Sequence record: OR544956
Reading direction: 5' to 3' (one strand)
Source: Escherichia phage vB_EcoM_EP57
Length of the DNA: 64,000 bases
Part shown: one piece after another, positions 27,934 to 38,203 of the stretch
Numbering within the stretch: the stretch's first letter is position 1
Layout: the number at the start of each line of letters is the position of its first letter
The notes under the pieces: model-generated
Seen by the model: only the letters and a program-made list of their open reading frames with translations
What the model was told of the DNA's origin: nothing
The model's database searches: none
Translations under genes and position numbers: made by a program

Positions 27934-28969
27934 AAACTATAGTCTGGAAAGTCATAGCTGGAGCATGTTCTTGATCATGTAACGTAGGGTTATCATAAAT
28001 CTTCACCTTAGTAACACCATCTGTAAGTAACAGAGCTTTCACAATAGCTGCTCGTGTCCCTGCGTTAGCTTCGTCAACGTTGTCATTGAAACGAGAGCGG
28101 AATTCTGCGTCTGTCTCAACATCTCGACCAGGGGAAAATGAATAGAAGTTACCACTATCAAGATAACCTGTAAAGGTAGAAGATATCCCTGTAATAGACT
28201 CCACACCAACAGGATTGTATCCTTTCTCTGCTGCAACTACCGGAATCTCACTCCACTTGGTTCCAACCGGAACACTAGCATAAAATTTAATAGGAGTTAC
28301 CAGTCCCACTGGAGTATCACTGGTTAAAGAAGTAAAACCAATTGATAAGTTACCTGAATCAGAAAATACAAGACTACGATCAGCTTCTGTTAAATTTGCC
28401 TTGATAAAAGTTTCAAGATCGGTTATAAATGTAGAAGAACCAGGTGCAAGTGTTTTACTGTTTAGTCCTCCATCGACCGCACTTTGTGCATAAAAAGTAA
28501 TATTTGGAACACCTGTAGCAGTTGCATTAGCACGAGAGATTTGATAAGCTGCAATCTTAGCATTCAACATGGTTGGTGTGCTAACATAATAGTTCATATC
28601 ACTATCAGAGTTGAAGTAAATATCCGTGCCTAACTCATAAGTCCAAGCTGCTTTGTTATTACTCTTAACATATGCATAACCTGTACTTGCTGCTGCCCCT
28701 GCTCGATAGAAACCGCGTTTAGAAAAAATTTCGTCAAGATAAATACCTTCTGCGCCATCTAGTGTTTGAGTATTATAAACACCTTGCATACCTTCCCACA
28801 ATGTGTAATCTGTGTATGCAATTATTCTAAACAGTTGTCCGATCACAGTATCTTCAGAAGTGGCTGCATCTGCACCAAATGTGTTTTTTACTGCTGTCAT
28901 ATAATTGTTTAGAACATCGTCAAAAGTCGGGATTACAAATCCCGCATCTGTTAAACCATATTCGTCCAT
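27794..28969 (-). CDS. Baseplate J-like (gp6/gpJ-like) wedge protein, frame-disrupted near its C-terminus
   Basis: N-terminus MDEYGLTDAGFVIPTFDDVLNNYMTAVKN... resembles Baseplate_J family; C-terminus ERCFCYVFCKTCLSNCQRNN looks like frame noise. Confidence 0.45.
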   Translation of the reverse strand: MDEYGLTDAGFVIPTFDDVLNNYMTAVKNTFGADAATSEDTVIGQLFRIIAYTDYTLWEGMQGVYNTQTLDGAEGIYLDEIFSKRGFYRAGAAASTGYAYVKSNNKAAWTYELGTDIYFNSDSDMNYYVSTPTMLNAKIAAYQISRANATATGVPNITFYAQSAVDGGLNSKTLAPGSSTFITDLETFIKANLTEADRSLVFSDSGNLSIGFTSLTSDTPVGLVTPIKFYASVPVGTKWSEIPVVAAEKGYNPVGVESITGISSTFTGYLDSGNFYSFSPGRDVETDAEFRSRFNDNVDEANAGTRAAIVKALLLTDGVTKVKIYDNPTLHDQEHAPAMTFQTIVYGGSAEERCFCYVFCKTCLSNCQRNNFKWNRKTKHRRSFTKPASLL

Positions 28970-29151
28970 TAGTCATCCTCTTTGGTAGATTGTGATCTGC
29001 CCCAACGTAAATCAATAAGATTTTTCATGAGGCGAGAAGGGGTTATCATGAAAACAAAAGCCCAACCCATCCATTCAGGAATTTCTTTTTCTATTCCTAA
29101 AAAGATAAACATGCCTGTCATAACAGACATGCCTACAGCGTTCCAGACCAT
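28969..29151 (-). CDS. Small two-TM membrane protein
   Basis: Two hydrophobic segments in 60 aa. Confidence 0.3.
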   Translation of the reverse strand: MVWNAVGMSVMTGMFIFLGIEKEIPEWMGWAFVFMITPSRLMKNLIDLRWGRSQSTKEDD

Positions 29152-29202
29152 TAACTTTTGATGTTTCGGGTAAATTAGTAATTGTAGTTGACATTTTTAC
29201 TC

Positions 29203-29517
29203 CTATATATAAAATTTTTGTGTTGTTACTAAATCTTCTCCAGATTTAGTGGCTAATGTAATTCCACTTATGGTGGCAATCTCAACATTTACCTGTTTAA
29301 GAGTGATATCCTGTAAATAAACGTTCAAAGGCACGTTACCCATATAGAAAACTTGGGATTGAGAATTAACTACCGTGATAGAATCGTGCATTATTTGAGG
29401 ATAGGCCCATATATATTGTGTAAGTCCGTCAAACTTATTGGCGTTCAACACTATGTTACCTATAATCATCTTCCAAAGATACGTGCGGTAGTTTGATTTA
29501 GGATCAAAGCCATACAA
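29203..29517 (-). CDS. C-terminal segment of the Calx-beta tail protein (-1 frame)
   Basis: Overlaps 29466..29517 with 29466..31283. Confidence 0.35.
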   Translation of the reverse strand: MYGFDPKSNYRTYLWKMIIGNIVLNANKFDGLTQYIWAYPQIMHDSITVVNSQSQVFYMGNVPLNVYLQDITLKQVNVEIATISGITLATKSGEDLVTTQKFYI

Positions 29518-31283
29518 AGGTGCAAGAGTAGCATCTGGAACAAAACCTGCATCTTACCTTCCAACAACCAGTCATAACACTCTGAACAGTAAAAATCAAA
29601 AGCTTCAGGAATGTAGTAATCAGACGGGAAGTTAACTTTCTCCATCAAACCGTTGCCGATAATTGATGGCAAGAACGGAAGCAATGTTACCTTGGCTCCT
29701 GGGTAAGTTGCTCTAGTATCTGTTGCAAACTTTGTAACTCTTAATCCTAGTTTACGAGACAAAAATGCATAGTATTCGTCAAACGGCGTTCCTGTTTTAT
29801 AATTATCTATTGTTCCTGCATCTTGTGCAAATAAACCTGTTTCTGTGTTGAATGCCAGTTTGGTAGTGTAATCATATATGCAAGGCATTTTACTTGCTGT
29901 ATTATACCACCACCAAGGCTCACCAATTTGAATGACAACTGGAATATTATTAGCTTGCGAAATAGATGCTATTTTATTAATAACATTTTGCAAATATTCC
30001 ATACCTTCGTCAATAGTTGGAGACAACACATAACTAGGAGGTTTATACCCTGTTGCTGCAAGAGCATCGTTCCAATCATGCTGGACCCATTCTACAGGAC
30101 AAACTGTGCTCATCAATTCAAAACTTAAAGAGTTCATTATTGTGTAGCCCTTCTCGTTTGCTATAGAATGGAAGCTGTTAAGCCAAGCTTCTGTAGCCGG
30201 ATTCAGGAAAACAGATTTATTTAAAGCCCAAGATGTTCCATTCCATGAGAACTCATAATAGTGAGACATTCCGTTATAATGGTTAATCATCCCACGATAA
30301 CCTAGTGCATATGTATTATAAATAACTCTCTCTGGAGTCAGGTTATACATATCATCATAAGATGTGCACATGCGAATATCATGTTCAGGCTGGACAAGGT
30401 TGCTGACTTTCATCATACTGTAACCAGAAGTAGGTTCAAGAAGAGTGAAAGTAAACCAAGCCTCTTGACTGGCAATAGGTACAATCTCTTCTATTTCTTC
30501 GTACCTTGCTGTAATCAAAGAGAAGAAAATATTATCTACAGCACTCATATCCAAAGGAATATCATTATTAGGGCCAGAAAAGATATTACCAAAATCTAAC
30601 TTGATTGTAGCTGTTTTACCATCTTCTGAAATATCTAAAGCGTAGAATCCTAAACTGACATAATGAACACTTTTATCCAGGAGAGTTACAGTCAAAGTCG
30701 GCACCAAAGGTTCTTCTTTAAAACCTGGCATGTTTTGACTAATTTCCATTTTAAACCAAAGTTTCTCTGAACTTAAATCTGTGTGGGGTAAATACCCAAC
30801 ACCTTTATGGTCATATTTGTCAACTGTGCTCCAGATAACCCCTGCCAAACCTGCTGTTGTTCTGTTTACAAATCTTGCAGTAAAAGAGTCTCCATGAGAT
30901 ACAATAGAACAACTTTCCGTTGCTTGAGAATCTATTGTCCAATACATAGGAGAGAACATTTTAACGTCTTTTGTAGTCCAAGTTATTGGAGTAGTATTTT
31001 CTTGGATAGTAGTTATAATACAATTGATGGTTGTTTCAACCATCATATTATTTTGACTAATCCCTGAAACTTGGAGGGAGAAGTTAAGATCTATTGAGTT
31101 CTTTGGTCGTTCAAATACTTCAACCACAATAGTAGCAGAATCAGCATCATCAGGGAACACAAGTGTTCCCGATTTTGCAATATAATCTCTACCAGCGACT
31201 GCTGTTCCGTCAACAGTCGTGTAGTTAAATGAACTCGCATTTACTCTCTTGTCTCGCGTGACAGTAAATATAGCTTGTTTCAT
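29466..31283 (-). CDS. Tail-associated protein with N-terminal Calx-beta domain and a probable glycoside-hydrolase-like domain
   Basis: TVDGTAVAGRDYIAKSGTLVFPDDADSATIVVEVFER matches the Calx-beta signature; C-terminal ~30 aa look out-of-frame. Confidence 0.5.
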   Translation of the reverse strand: MKQAIFTVTRDKRVNASSFNYTTVDGTAVAGRDYIAKSGTLVFPDDADSATIVVEVFERPKNSIDLNFSLQVSGISQNNMMVETTINCIITTIQENTTPITWTTKDVKMFSPMYWTIDSQATESCSIVSHGDSFTARFVNRTTAGLAGVIWSTVDKYDHKGVGYLPHTDLSSEKLWFKMEISQNMPGFKEEPLVPTLTVTLLDKSVHYVSLGFYALDISEDGKTATIKLDFGNIFSGPNNDIPLDMSAVDNIFFSLITARYEEIEEIVPIASQEAWFTFTLLEPTSGYSMMKVSNLVQPEHDIRMCTSYDDMYNLTPERVIYNTYALGYRGMINHYNGMSHYYEFSWNGTSWALNKSVFLNPATEAWLNSFHSIANEKGYTIMNSLSFELMSTVCPVEWVQHDWNDALAATGYKPPSYVLSPTIDEGMEYLQNVINKIASISQANNIPVVIQIGEPWWWYNTASKMPCIYDYTTKLAFNTETGLFAQDAGTIDNYKTGTPFDEYYAFLSRKLGLRVTKFATDTRATYPGAKVTLLPFLPSIIGNGLMEKVNFPSDYYIPEAFDFYCSECYDWLLEGKMQVLFQMLLLHLCMALILNQTTARIFGR

Positions 31284-31291
31284 TTTACCCC

Positions 31292-31885
31292 TTACTCAGT
31301 AACGTCCACACTAATGTTTGCCATTGTCAAAACAGTAAGTGCAGGAATATTGCTCGAATCCAAAACAGGTAATGCATTTTGGGGATTAAGTTTTTTGTAT
31401 AAGGCATACAACCCAAAACCACGTAACAACTCTCCAGCGTGGAAGCCAAAGAAAACTCCGTTATCACTGTCTGGTCTAGGGGCAGCACTCCAACAACCAT
31501 TCATAACGTGATTAGGACCAAGAACAATATAATTTTCCTGAATAAGTTCAAAACAGCGGTCTGCTACTATTTTAATGTTAGGAATTTCTGAATCATATCC
31601 AGCCATCCCCATTATAGCACATCCCGCCATAAAGAGCGCAGACATGTGACTTGTAAAGTCATCTACAGGCGCAGCCACTTCTCCGTTGGGATAAAATATT
31701 GTTGGTGTTCTTCCTTCGTTGTTATCTTGGAACCACTTCAGATAGTTGATCCAGTTTTTACAAACTGTTAAAAGTTTTTCAGGAACTTCTGCTCCTCGTC
31801 GCTTTAGTTCGTATACCGTATGACACGCACAGAAGAATGCTCGTGCTTCATAACCATCCCAAGCTTTATCGTTCCAATGATACAT
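31292..31885 (-). CDS. Tail fiber or depolymerase segment 4 of 4
   Basis: Overlaps the upstream ORF in the -1 frame. Confidence 0.35.
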   Translation of the reverse strand: MYHWNDKAWDGYEARAFFCACHTVYELKRRGAEVPEKLLTVCKNWINYLKWFQDNNEGRTPTIFYPNGEVAAPVDDFTSHMSALFMAGCAIMGMAGYDSEIPNIKIVADRCFELIQENYIVLGPNHVMNGCWSAAPRPDSDNGVFFGFHAGELLRGFGLYALYKKLNPQNALPVLDSSNIPALTVLTMANISVDVTE

Positions 31886-32340
31886 TGTGAACTCATTTTT
31901 GTTTCCATAACATAAGCTTGTGCCATTGGCCCAGGCATTACAGGGGCAAACTTATTATAAAACCACATTTGTGAATCATATAAAAAGTCTATACTGTTGT
32001 TCATACGAACCCAGTCAATATCTCTCCCTTTAAAACAATATAAGGATGGGTATTGATAACCTGGGTAAGGAATACCACGCCAACCGTCATATAATGCTGT
32101 GTTAGGATCACTAATATTGGAAAATGGAATGATTCCTGGAGTATAATTCAAACTATCAAGTTTGTAGTCCAGTATTGTACAATCTCCAAGTTTTGCTGTA
32201 TAAGGATTTTCAGATGAAACTGTAACCCTGAAATACATTGTGTAATCATCGCCAGCGGCTGAAGAATACAAAGATGGGATATCGTTAACGCAATAAAAGT
32301 CGATTGCCCCTGTCAAGCCATTTGCAGGTTCAGAATCCAA
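31804..32340 (-). CDS. Tail fiber or depolymerase segment 3 of 4
   Basis: Frame open upstream of its TTG start, reading ...TAVDQINIALDSEPANG. Confidence 0.35.
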   Translation of the reverse strand: MDSEPANGLTGAIDFYCVNDIPSLYSSAAGDDYTMYFRVTVSSENPYTAKLGDCTILDYKLDSLNYTPGIIPFSNISDPNTALYDGWRGIPYPGYQYPSLYCFKGRDIDWVRMNNSIDFLYDSQMWFYNKFAPVMPGPMAQAYVMETKMSSQCIIGTIKLGMVMKHEHSSVRVIRYTN

Positions 32341-32356
32341 TGCAATATTGATCTGA

Positions 32357-33406
32357 TCAACAGCAGTCAGGTTTATTGACGAAGGTTTTGCCTCGTTGCC
32401 AAGTACTTAATTTGAAATCGGCAGGACTTAAAGCTTTAGTAACCCATGCAGAATTTGTTTTTTCTAACATGGCCCACCATCTCCAACCTGCGGAATCCGT
32501 AATAGTGATGTTAAAATCATCTGCGTATGAACGATATGTAATAGATTTTAAATTGGCTGTTTTAGTTGGTGTTAACCAAAACCCAACAGTAAAACCACCA
32601 TCTGAATCCATATTAGCAGAAACTATCTGATCACTATTTGTCCCAGCAATACCAGTTGCATATTTATATTGTATCACAGTATTGCTTCCCCAGTCAACAA
32701 TAATTCTGGGTTCAGCAATAATATATACACCCCCTCCAGGAGGTTCAGTGCGCATAAAACTGGATAAAGGTATATCCATCTTAGTCATATTAGCTGCACC
32801 AAGAGGTAAGCCACAACGATATGTCACTGTGTCTGTTTCACTCTTAGTCTTGCTTAATTCTAACTCTGGACGGAAAAGAACACCTTCCCCTGCATCATCT
32901 ACACCTTGAAACTCAATACGCAGTTTTGAATTCTGATCCACTCTGAACCAAACTGCTTGTTGTTCTAGAGTTGTTTGTGCTGCAACATCTTGGCGAATTA
33001 CTGTGTATCCTAACTCGTCACGAGAATATTTAGGTATTGCTGTAGATGGGTATGAGTAATCATACGAGATACCATCTGTAAAAGGAATTATTGCTGTCGT
33101 AGATCTACGGAAGAATTTATCAAACATATCGATGTTTGAGTAGTCTTGACACAGCAATAAAGAAGATTGCCAGCAAAGCCAGTATTTTCTCTCTCCTGTG
33201 ATCTGATACATCAGGTAGTTTGCATCACACCACCACGTTTCAGCATCGGAAGCATTATCTTGATAACCTAACTCTACCGGAACGTTTACAGGACGGTTAT
33301 GCCACATCTCATTACGCTTAAGCAGATATCCACCGTGTTCTACAGGGTTGCATGTAGCGTAGTTGAATTTATAGTCACCGTTCACAGAAGCATTTTTAAG
33401 TTGCAC
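32357..33406 (-). CDS. Tail fiber or depolymerase segment 2 of 4
   Basis: Frame is open upstream into 33481..34107 (reads ...ADKAWFAFNGNLGWNSVNATVYAINPDG...). Confidence 0.4.
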   Translation of the reverse strand: MQLKNASVNGDYKFNYATCNPVEHGGYLLKRNEMWHNRPVNVPVELGYQDNASDAETWWCDANYLMYQITGERKYWLCWQSSLLLCQDYSNIDMFDKFFRRSTTAIIPFTDGISYDYSYPSTAIPKYSRDELGYTVIRQDVAAQTTLEQQAVWFRVDQNSKLRIEFQGVDDAGEGVLFRPELELSKTKSETDTVTYRCGLPLGAANMTKMDIPLSSFMRTEPPGGGVYIIAEPRIIVDWGSNTVIQYKYATGIAGTNSDQIVSANMDSDGGFTVGFWLTPTKTANLKSITYRSYADDFNITITDSAGWRWWAMLEKTNSAWVTKALSPADFKLSTWQRGKTFVNKPDCC

Positions 33407-33480
33407 TGTTCCATATTCTGCAAAGCTGTGACCTGTAGATAAAATGTTACCGTCCCAATCAACTTTACGTCCTAGACGAT

Positions 33481-34107
33481 CTATAATCCATTCAACGTCC
33501 CACTGATCTCCATATTCTTTCCAGTTGGTTGAACCGTCTGGGTTAATTGCATAAACTGTTGCGTTAACGGAGTTCCAACCAAGATTACCATTGAAAGCAA
33601 ACCAAGCTTTATCTGCGCACCTTTAGGAATAATAGTCCTTCCGTTAATCCAAGTCATCATGCTACCTTTGAACCCACCGTGCGTAGGATACCCATCATCT
33701 GTGAGAGGATAGTGTGCTAAACGTGGTTCTTTACCATTGATGATCCAGTTGGGACGATATTTAGCTGGAGGATCAGGAATAGGTTGGCCCCCGAAGAAGT
33801 GATCTATATAGGCTTGCCAATACTTCTCGGCAGATTCAAGATATTTTTTATCCCCTGTAGCCAAATATGCATAAGCAAAACCAGTGATAAGCACAGATTG
33901 ACCTTCGGTAGTAGCGTCACCGTTTGGTTGCCCTTCCTGCGCTGTCCAGTTAATAAAGTGTCTGTTGTTCGCCAATACGTTTTGTGGGTTGATAATGTAA
34001 TGCTGAACCGTAGGATCTATGGTAAGCCCAGTATTTCTTTCCAAAAACTGAACCAACCCTTCAATCAACTGAAACGTGTTGTCAATATTGTGCTTAACTC
34101 TTGACAT
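33481..34107 (-). CDS. Tail fiber or depolymerase segment 1 of 4 with a glycosidase-like (alpha/alpha-toroid-like) motif
   Basis: VLITGFAYAYLATGDKKYLESAEKYWQAYIDHF; C-terminal ~35 aa look out-of-frame. Confidence 0.4.
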   Translation of the reverse strand: MSRVKHNIDNTFQLIEGLVQFLERNTGLTIDPTVQHYIINPQNVLANNRHFINWTAQEGQPNGDATTEGQSVLITGFAYAYLATGDKKYLESAEKYWQAYIDHFFGGQPIPDPPAKYRPNWIINGKEPRLAHYPLTDDGYPTHGGFKGSMMTWINGRTIIPKGAQIKLGLLSMVILVGTPLTQQFMQLTQTVQPTGKNMEISGTLNGL

Positions 34108-34400
34108 TAAATAACTCCTGCTAAAACTAAGCTACCTGTCCAAGTTGCACCATTATCATAACTGATAAACTCAAAAGTGTCTGTTGCACCTTGACGATAA
34201 CTCAAAACTGGGGAACGACCAAAACTCCATTTTACAGAAGAAGGCCATACGACTTTATTTGCACCACTTCCTTGACGCAAAGCTAAAGTAAAGTTTAAAA
34301 CTGCATTTGTTGCTACTGGAATATTAGTAAAACTAATTGTGCACGTTGCAGAAGATAAAGTTGCAGAAAAATATTCTGCTGAACTAATATCTAATGCCAA
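34107..34400 (-). CDS. Small tail or baseplate protein
   Basis: ORF track. Confidence 0.3.
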   Translation of the reverse strand: MALDISSAEYFSATLSSATCTISFTNIPVATNAVLNFTLALRQGSGANKVVWPSSVKWSFGRSPVLSYRQGATDTFEFISYDNGATWTGSLVLAGVI

Positions 34401-34578
34401 GGCTGGTTACTGTTCCCCGTGCATTCAGACGGTTTCTAGTTACCCCTGCACCACTCAACAACACTTTCAAAGAAGTTTTCTTTGTTATTCCAGCCTGATC
34501 TGTTACAAAGAAATCTGTATCAGACACAGAGGTTGTTTGTGTAAGATCAGAAATTTTGATCGTAGTTAAATCTGCCAT
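34384..34578 (-). CDS. Small tail or baseplate protein
   Basis: ATG with ggag ribosome-binding site. Confidence 0.3.
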   Translation of the reverse strand: MADLTTIKISDLTQTTSVSDTDFFVTDQAGITKKTSLKVLLSGAGVTRNRLNARGTVTSLGIRY

Positions 34579-35204
34579 TACTCTTCTACTCCTGTCATAG
34601 CTGTTATACCGAAATTATTGTTTGTAGTTAATGCATCACCTTTTTCGTTAACCATGATTCTTTCCACTGCTGACTCTGTAGACCATTCATTCCACCAAGT
34701 AGAGTAGGTATCACGTGGCAAACCAACAAAGTTGATAAAGCGATAAAGTCTATTCGAATTCTCAACAATACTGTAAGCTTCACAAATGATCGCTGCATTG
34801 TCTTCACCAGCTTCAGGGTAAATAAACTCTTCAGAAGGTTGAGTATTGAATATAGATGTTACTGTATCTGCTCCTACTGTGACCATAACTGTCATTGAGT
34901 AATAACGTTGATCCATGTCATAAGCAGATTTATAACTGTTTATTGTATCTATGTAAACGTTTTTGGCAATCTCTGCTAAAAATATTCTGTCTACAATATC
35001 TTTCTTTCTAGCAACACCAATAATCTCTTGTAAGTAAGGAACACCGAAGTTAGTATTTAAAAACCACTCCCCACGATACGTGTTCAGAGTTATCCCAAGA
35101 GTTTGTGCTGCAATTTCTGTTCTGGTTGTAGTGAGGACCAAATCCCCATCATCCATGATGAGGTCGTTGTTTGGTCCAAGTTTTAAGTCAAAAGGGATTC
35201 CCAT
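34578..35204 (-). CDS. Baseplate wedge protein (gpW/gp25-like, putative)
   Basis: Position next to the spike; LKLGPNNDLIMDDGDLVLT motif. Confidence 0.35.
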   Translation of the reverse strand: MGIPFDLKLGPNNDLIMDDGDLVLTTTRTEIAAQTLGITLNTYRGEWFLNTNFGVPYLQEIIGVARKKDIVDRIFLAEIAKNVYIDTINSYKSAYDMDQRYYSMTVMVTVGADTVTSIFNTQPSEEFIYPEAGEDNAAIICEAYSIVENSNRLYRFINFVGLPRDTYSTWWNEWSTESAVERIMVNEKGDALTTNNNFGITAMTGVEE

Positions 35205-35205
35205 G

Positions 35206-35940
35206 TTAGGCTCCTGTTGGTTTTAAGGACTCGGCACTTGAGTTACCGCTCTGAATGTTACGAACCGTGTGCGTGTGAGTATGGAATCCGATGCCATTAC
35301 CATCTGTCATCAAACCGTTCTGGTCTATTTTAAGACCATTGATATCTGCCACGCCGCCTTTGAAAGTTAAATTACCACCTTTTAGATCCAAAGTCCCTGT
35401 GCCATCTGTAATAGTAATACCAGAGGTGGTAATATCTATTTTCATCCCTTGACTATTCCATATTGAAATATTACCTGTAGGGTCGAAAGAAGCGTACGTG
35501 TTTTTGTTATTAGAAATAACTACCTTTTCAGAATCTACAGCTTCTGTTGAATCTGTTCCTGTAGCTATTTTGGGAATAAAACAAATAGGGTATAATCCAC
35601 AAGGCTGCATAAAAGTGGATGATGAAGAGGTTTCTCCACTAGTTTGCAGTGCATTAGAAGGATCTCTTTCAGAAAATATAACAGTTCCTAAATCGCCAGC
35701 TTTAATAGGGAATGAGATTCTTCCTGTCCCACCACCATTAACCATAAAAGGAACATCTTCAAAAGTAGGGTAATCTATTTCATCTTCGCTAGATCGTGTG
35801 TTTTTAACAATAGATTCTAAGGTGACAGTCTTAGCACCATAATTAACGCCAGTCACACGGACTGGCAGGGCTGTATGGACTTCTGCTAATTGTTCTGTCA
35901 TTAAGCCACGCATTGCTGTGACAAAATTTAATGCATCCAT
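35206..35940 (-). CDS. Baseplate central spike protein (gpV/gp5-like)
   Basis: C-terminal tip with HTHTHT motif of the kind seen in metal-binding spike apexes. Confidence 0.5.
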   Translation of the reverse strand: MDALNFVTAMRGLMTEQLAEVHTALPVRVTGVNYGAKTVTLESIVKNTRSSEDEIDYPTFEDVPFMVNGGGTGRISFPIKAGDLGTVIFSERDPSNALQTSGETSSSSTFMQPCGLYPICFIPKIATGTDSTEAVDSEKVVISNNKNTYASFDPTGNISIWNSQGMKIDITTSGITITDGTGTLDLKGGNLTFKGGVADINGLKIDQNGLMTDGNGIGFHTHTHTVRNIQSGNSSAESLKPTGA

Positions 35941-36950
35941 TATTTCTCCTTAGTCATTATTTCAGACACAGATACACACTCCACTTCAGTAACCCACTCT
36001 TTACCCTCTTTATCACCATTGTGAGAAACAGAAACAACTTTAAACGGACCATCATAATCTCGGCTTTTTAACCAGATTGTTTTTTCTGGTAATATTGCAC
36101 CATTCATTTGGCATTTGAATTTAACACCATCTGTAGGTTTCTTTGCCTTCTTAGAGGACTTGGTAACTTTTTTAGTAGGTTTTATATCGTTGTGGAATGG
36201 TTCTGGACTTCCTATCAGACCAGTTTCAGGGCTAATGTAGGCGCTACGTGCACTAGACATTTGTGAACGAGGAGTGACATAAACAGATCCATCTTGTATT
36301 GACACATTGTGATCAATACTTTTACAAATATGTTCTAGGTAATGTGAAGTGTTTCCACACATAGCTGTTGCTGAAGATAAGGTTTGATCATTATCTACGT
36401 GTATATTACCTTCTGTAGTTCCTAAATCCTTTACCAAATCTGTCACAACACGTTTGATTTTAGTTCCTTTTGGATAACTGCGGCTTGTTCTTGCTTCTGC
36501 AATGTTAATACCGCCATCCAAACAGTGTAAAGTGGTTTTCCTGTCTACCGAGTCAAAAGTATCACTAACCCACTGGATAGTTCCTTTGAAAATCATAACC
36601 AACTCTTCACCTTCGTATCCTACCGCTAAAGCAACAGCCAAGTTATTTCGGATACCACGGTTTATATAGTTAACAGTATCATCCGAAAGGTTATAAACTA
36701 CAATCTCTGCTTGGTTAGGATCTTTGTTATTATCTTTCTTAATACTGAAGGTTATTTGATGGTCTTGCAACAAATACAAATTAGAAGAGGATTTTTCTGT
36801 TGTTCCTAACTTGGTATCCAAATCTACTGTAGATTTAAATGCCGAGTTCTTAGTTCTCTTCTGTATTGTGTTTGTGGCAGAACCAATTAATAGTTTGTAT
36901 GCCCTGTTTAAATTAGGGGCAGGAGCTTTTGTATACTCTCTTTCTGCCAT
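35940..36950 (-). CDS. Baseplate hub or tail protein (putative)
   Basis: Position between the distal tail protein and the spike. Confidence 0.35.
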   Translation of the reverse strand: MAEREYTKAPAPNLNRAYKLLIGSATNTIQKRTKNSAFKSTVDLDTKLGTTEKSSSNLYLLQDHQITFSIKKDNNKDPNQAEIVVYNLSDDTVNYINRGIRNNLAVALAVGYEGEELVMIFKGTIQWVSDTFDSVDRKTTLHCLDGGINIAEARTSRSYPKGTKIKRVVTDLVKDLGTTEGNIHVDNDQTLSSATAMCGNTSHYLEHICKSIDHNVSIQDGSVYVTPRSQMSSARSAYISPETGLIGSPEPFHNDIKPTKKVTKSSKKAKKPTDGVKFKCQMNGAILPEKTIWLKSRDYDGPFKVVSVSHNGDKEGKEWVTEVECVSVSEIMTKEK

Positions 36951-36959
36951 ATTATCTCC

Positions 36960-37373
36960 TTACGCCTGATTAGGTTTGTTATCAATATAAACCAATACAA
37001 AACGTTTATCTCGACCTGTAGTTGTATACCCAGGACGACCATTAATCTTGACTGTATCTACTATATATAATTGACCATCTGGCACACTTTCAAGATATTT
37101 ATAAGGTTTAAGAAGATCTAAACCATTTGTAACTTTGAAACTTATACTCGGATCATCCCCAGATAATCCCATCTGACATTGCCAAGATTCGTCCCTAGTG
37201 TTCCACCTTAAACGAATGTCATAATCAACCCCATCCAATGTAACTGTATATGTTTGATCAGGGTACTCTTCAGTTTTCAGATACCATGCAAAATAAGTAG
37301 AATGGTCCTCCAGATAAACTGCACTGTAGCCTGTATTACTTGTAGACCTTGTTGTTTTAGAATAAGTTGTCAC
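36960..37373 (-). CDS. Tail or baseplate protein (hypothetical)
   Basis: ORF track. Confidence 0.3.
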   Translation of the reverse strand: MTTYSKTTRSTSNTGYSAVYLEDHSTYFAWYLKTEEYPDQTYTVTLDGVDYDIRLRWNTRDESWQCQMGLSGDDPSISFKVTNGLDLLKPYKYLESVPDGQLYIVDTVKINGRPGYTTTGRDKRFVLVYIDNKPNQA

Positions 37374-37375
37374 TA

Positions 37376-38077
37376 TTAACCTCCGTTGTTTGTTGGGGTA
37401 TTAGTAGCTTTGGCAGTTCTTACTGTAATATCTGACTTAGGACCATCCGAAGAAACTTGACCTTTCACATCACCACCAGTCGATTTATTTGGTGCTGTTT
37501 TTACAGCAATAGCATTAGTAGTGGCCTTAGAAACGAGACGGATTTGTTCGAACTCTAAATCAAATTGCATAGCAAATTCAGATTTATAATCATAAGAGTA
37601 GCCTTTGAGAATAACATTTTCAAAAGTTCTGTGTTCTGTCAAAAGAACTATTGGTTGTCTTGACTCAAATATTTGATCTAGATATTCTATTGCTTGAGAA
37701 ATCCTTGCACCATTTACACCTGCACTGTATAATTGATCTCGCATAAGCCGAATTGGTGTTTCGGTAATTATACCTGAAAGTTTAAATCTGTTGTTTTTTA
37801 TTTGAACGTGGTCACTTACATCCGATCCTGATTCTACTGGAAAACTTGTAACATCTGCCTCACGAGTTACACCTATTTCAGGGACTGAATCGAAAGTAAT
37901 TGCTTTAAAGTTTTGAATGTATTGATCACTTGAACTATTATAAACACTTGCTAAAATGCAGAAACCATTATCACCCTTTACAGTAGATGCCGAGGTATTT
38001 TTATTCTCGGTAGAGTTGATTTCCTGTTCTGCCTTATAGACGGCTCTCACCGACTGTTGTGGAGTCATTGCTGCCAT
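37376..38077 (-). CDS. Distal tail or baseplate protein (hypothetical)
   Basis: First gene after the tape-measure terminator/promoter. Confidence 0.35.
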   Translation of the reverse strand: MAAMTPQQSVRAVYKAEQEINSTENKNTSASTVKGDNGFCILASVYNSSSDQYIQNFKAITFDSVPEIGVTREADVTSFPVESGSDVSDHVQIKNNRFKLSGIITETPIRLMRDQLYSAGVNGARISQAIEYLDQIFESRQPIVLLTEHRTFENVILKGYSYDYKSEFAMQFDLEFEQIRLVSKATTNAIAVKTAPNKSTGGDVKGQVSSDGPKSDITVRTAKATNTPTNNGG

Positions 38078-38136
38078 GATAACCTCGTAGTAATGATAAT
38101 GCCAAAAGGAAGATGCAAGATCTTCCCATATTGATT

Positions 38137-38166
38137 ATTGTAACACATATAGAAACTTCGTGTCAA
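38137..38166 (-). promoter_or_regulatory. Sigma70-like promoter on the minus strand (TTGACA-18-TACAAT)
   Basis: Reverse complement of 38137-38166 reads TTGACAcgaagtttctatatgtgtTACAAT. Confidence 0.45.
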
Positions 38167-38174
38167 GGGAAACG

Positions 38175-38203
38175 AAAAAACCCCGCCGAAGCGAGGTATT
38201 TTA
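38175..38203 (-). terminator. Intrinsic terminator after the tape-measure gene (CCUCGC-UUCG-GCGGGG then UUUUUU)
   Basis: Hairpin with UUCG loop and six U on the minus strand. Confidence 0.55.
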
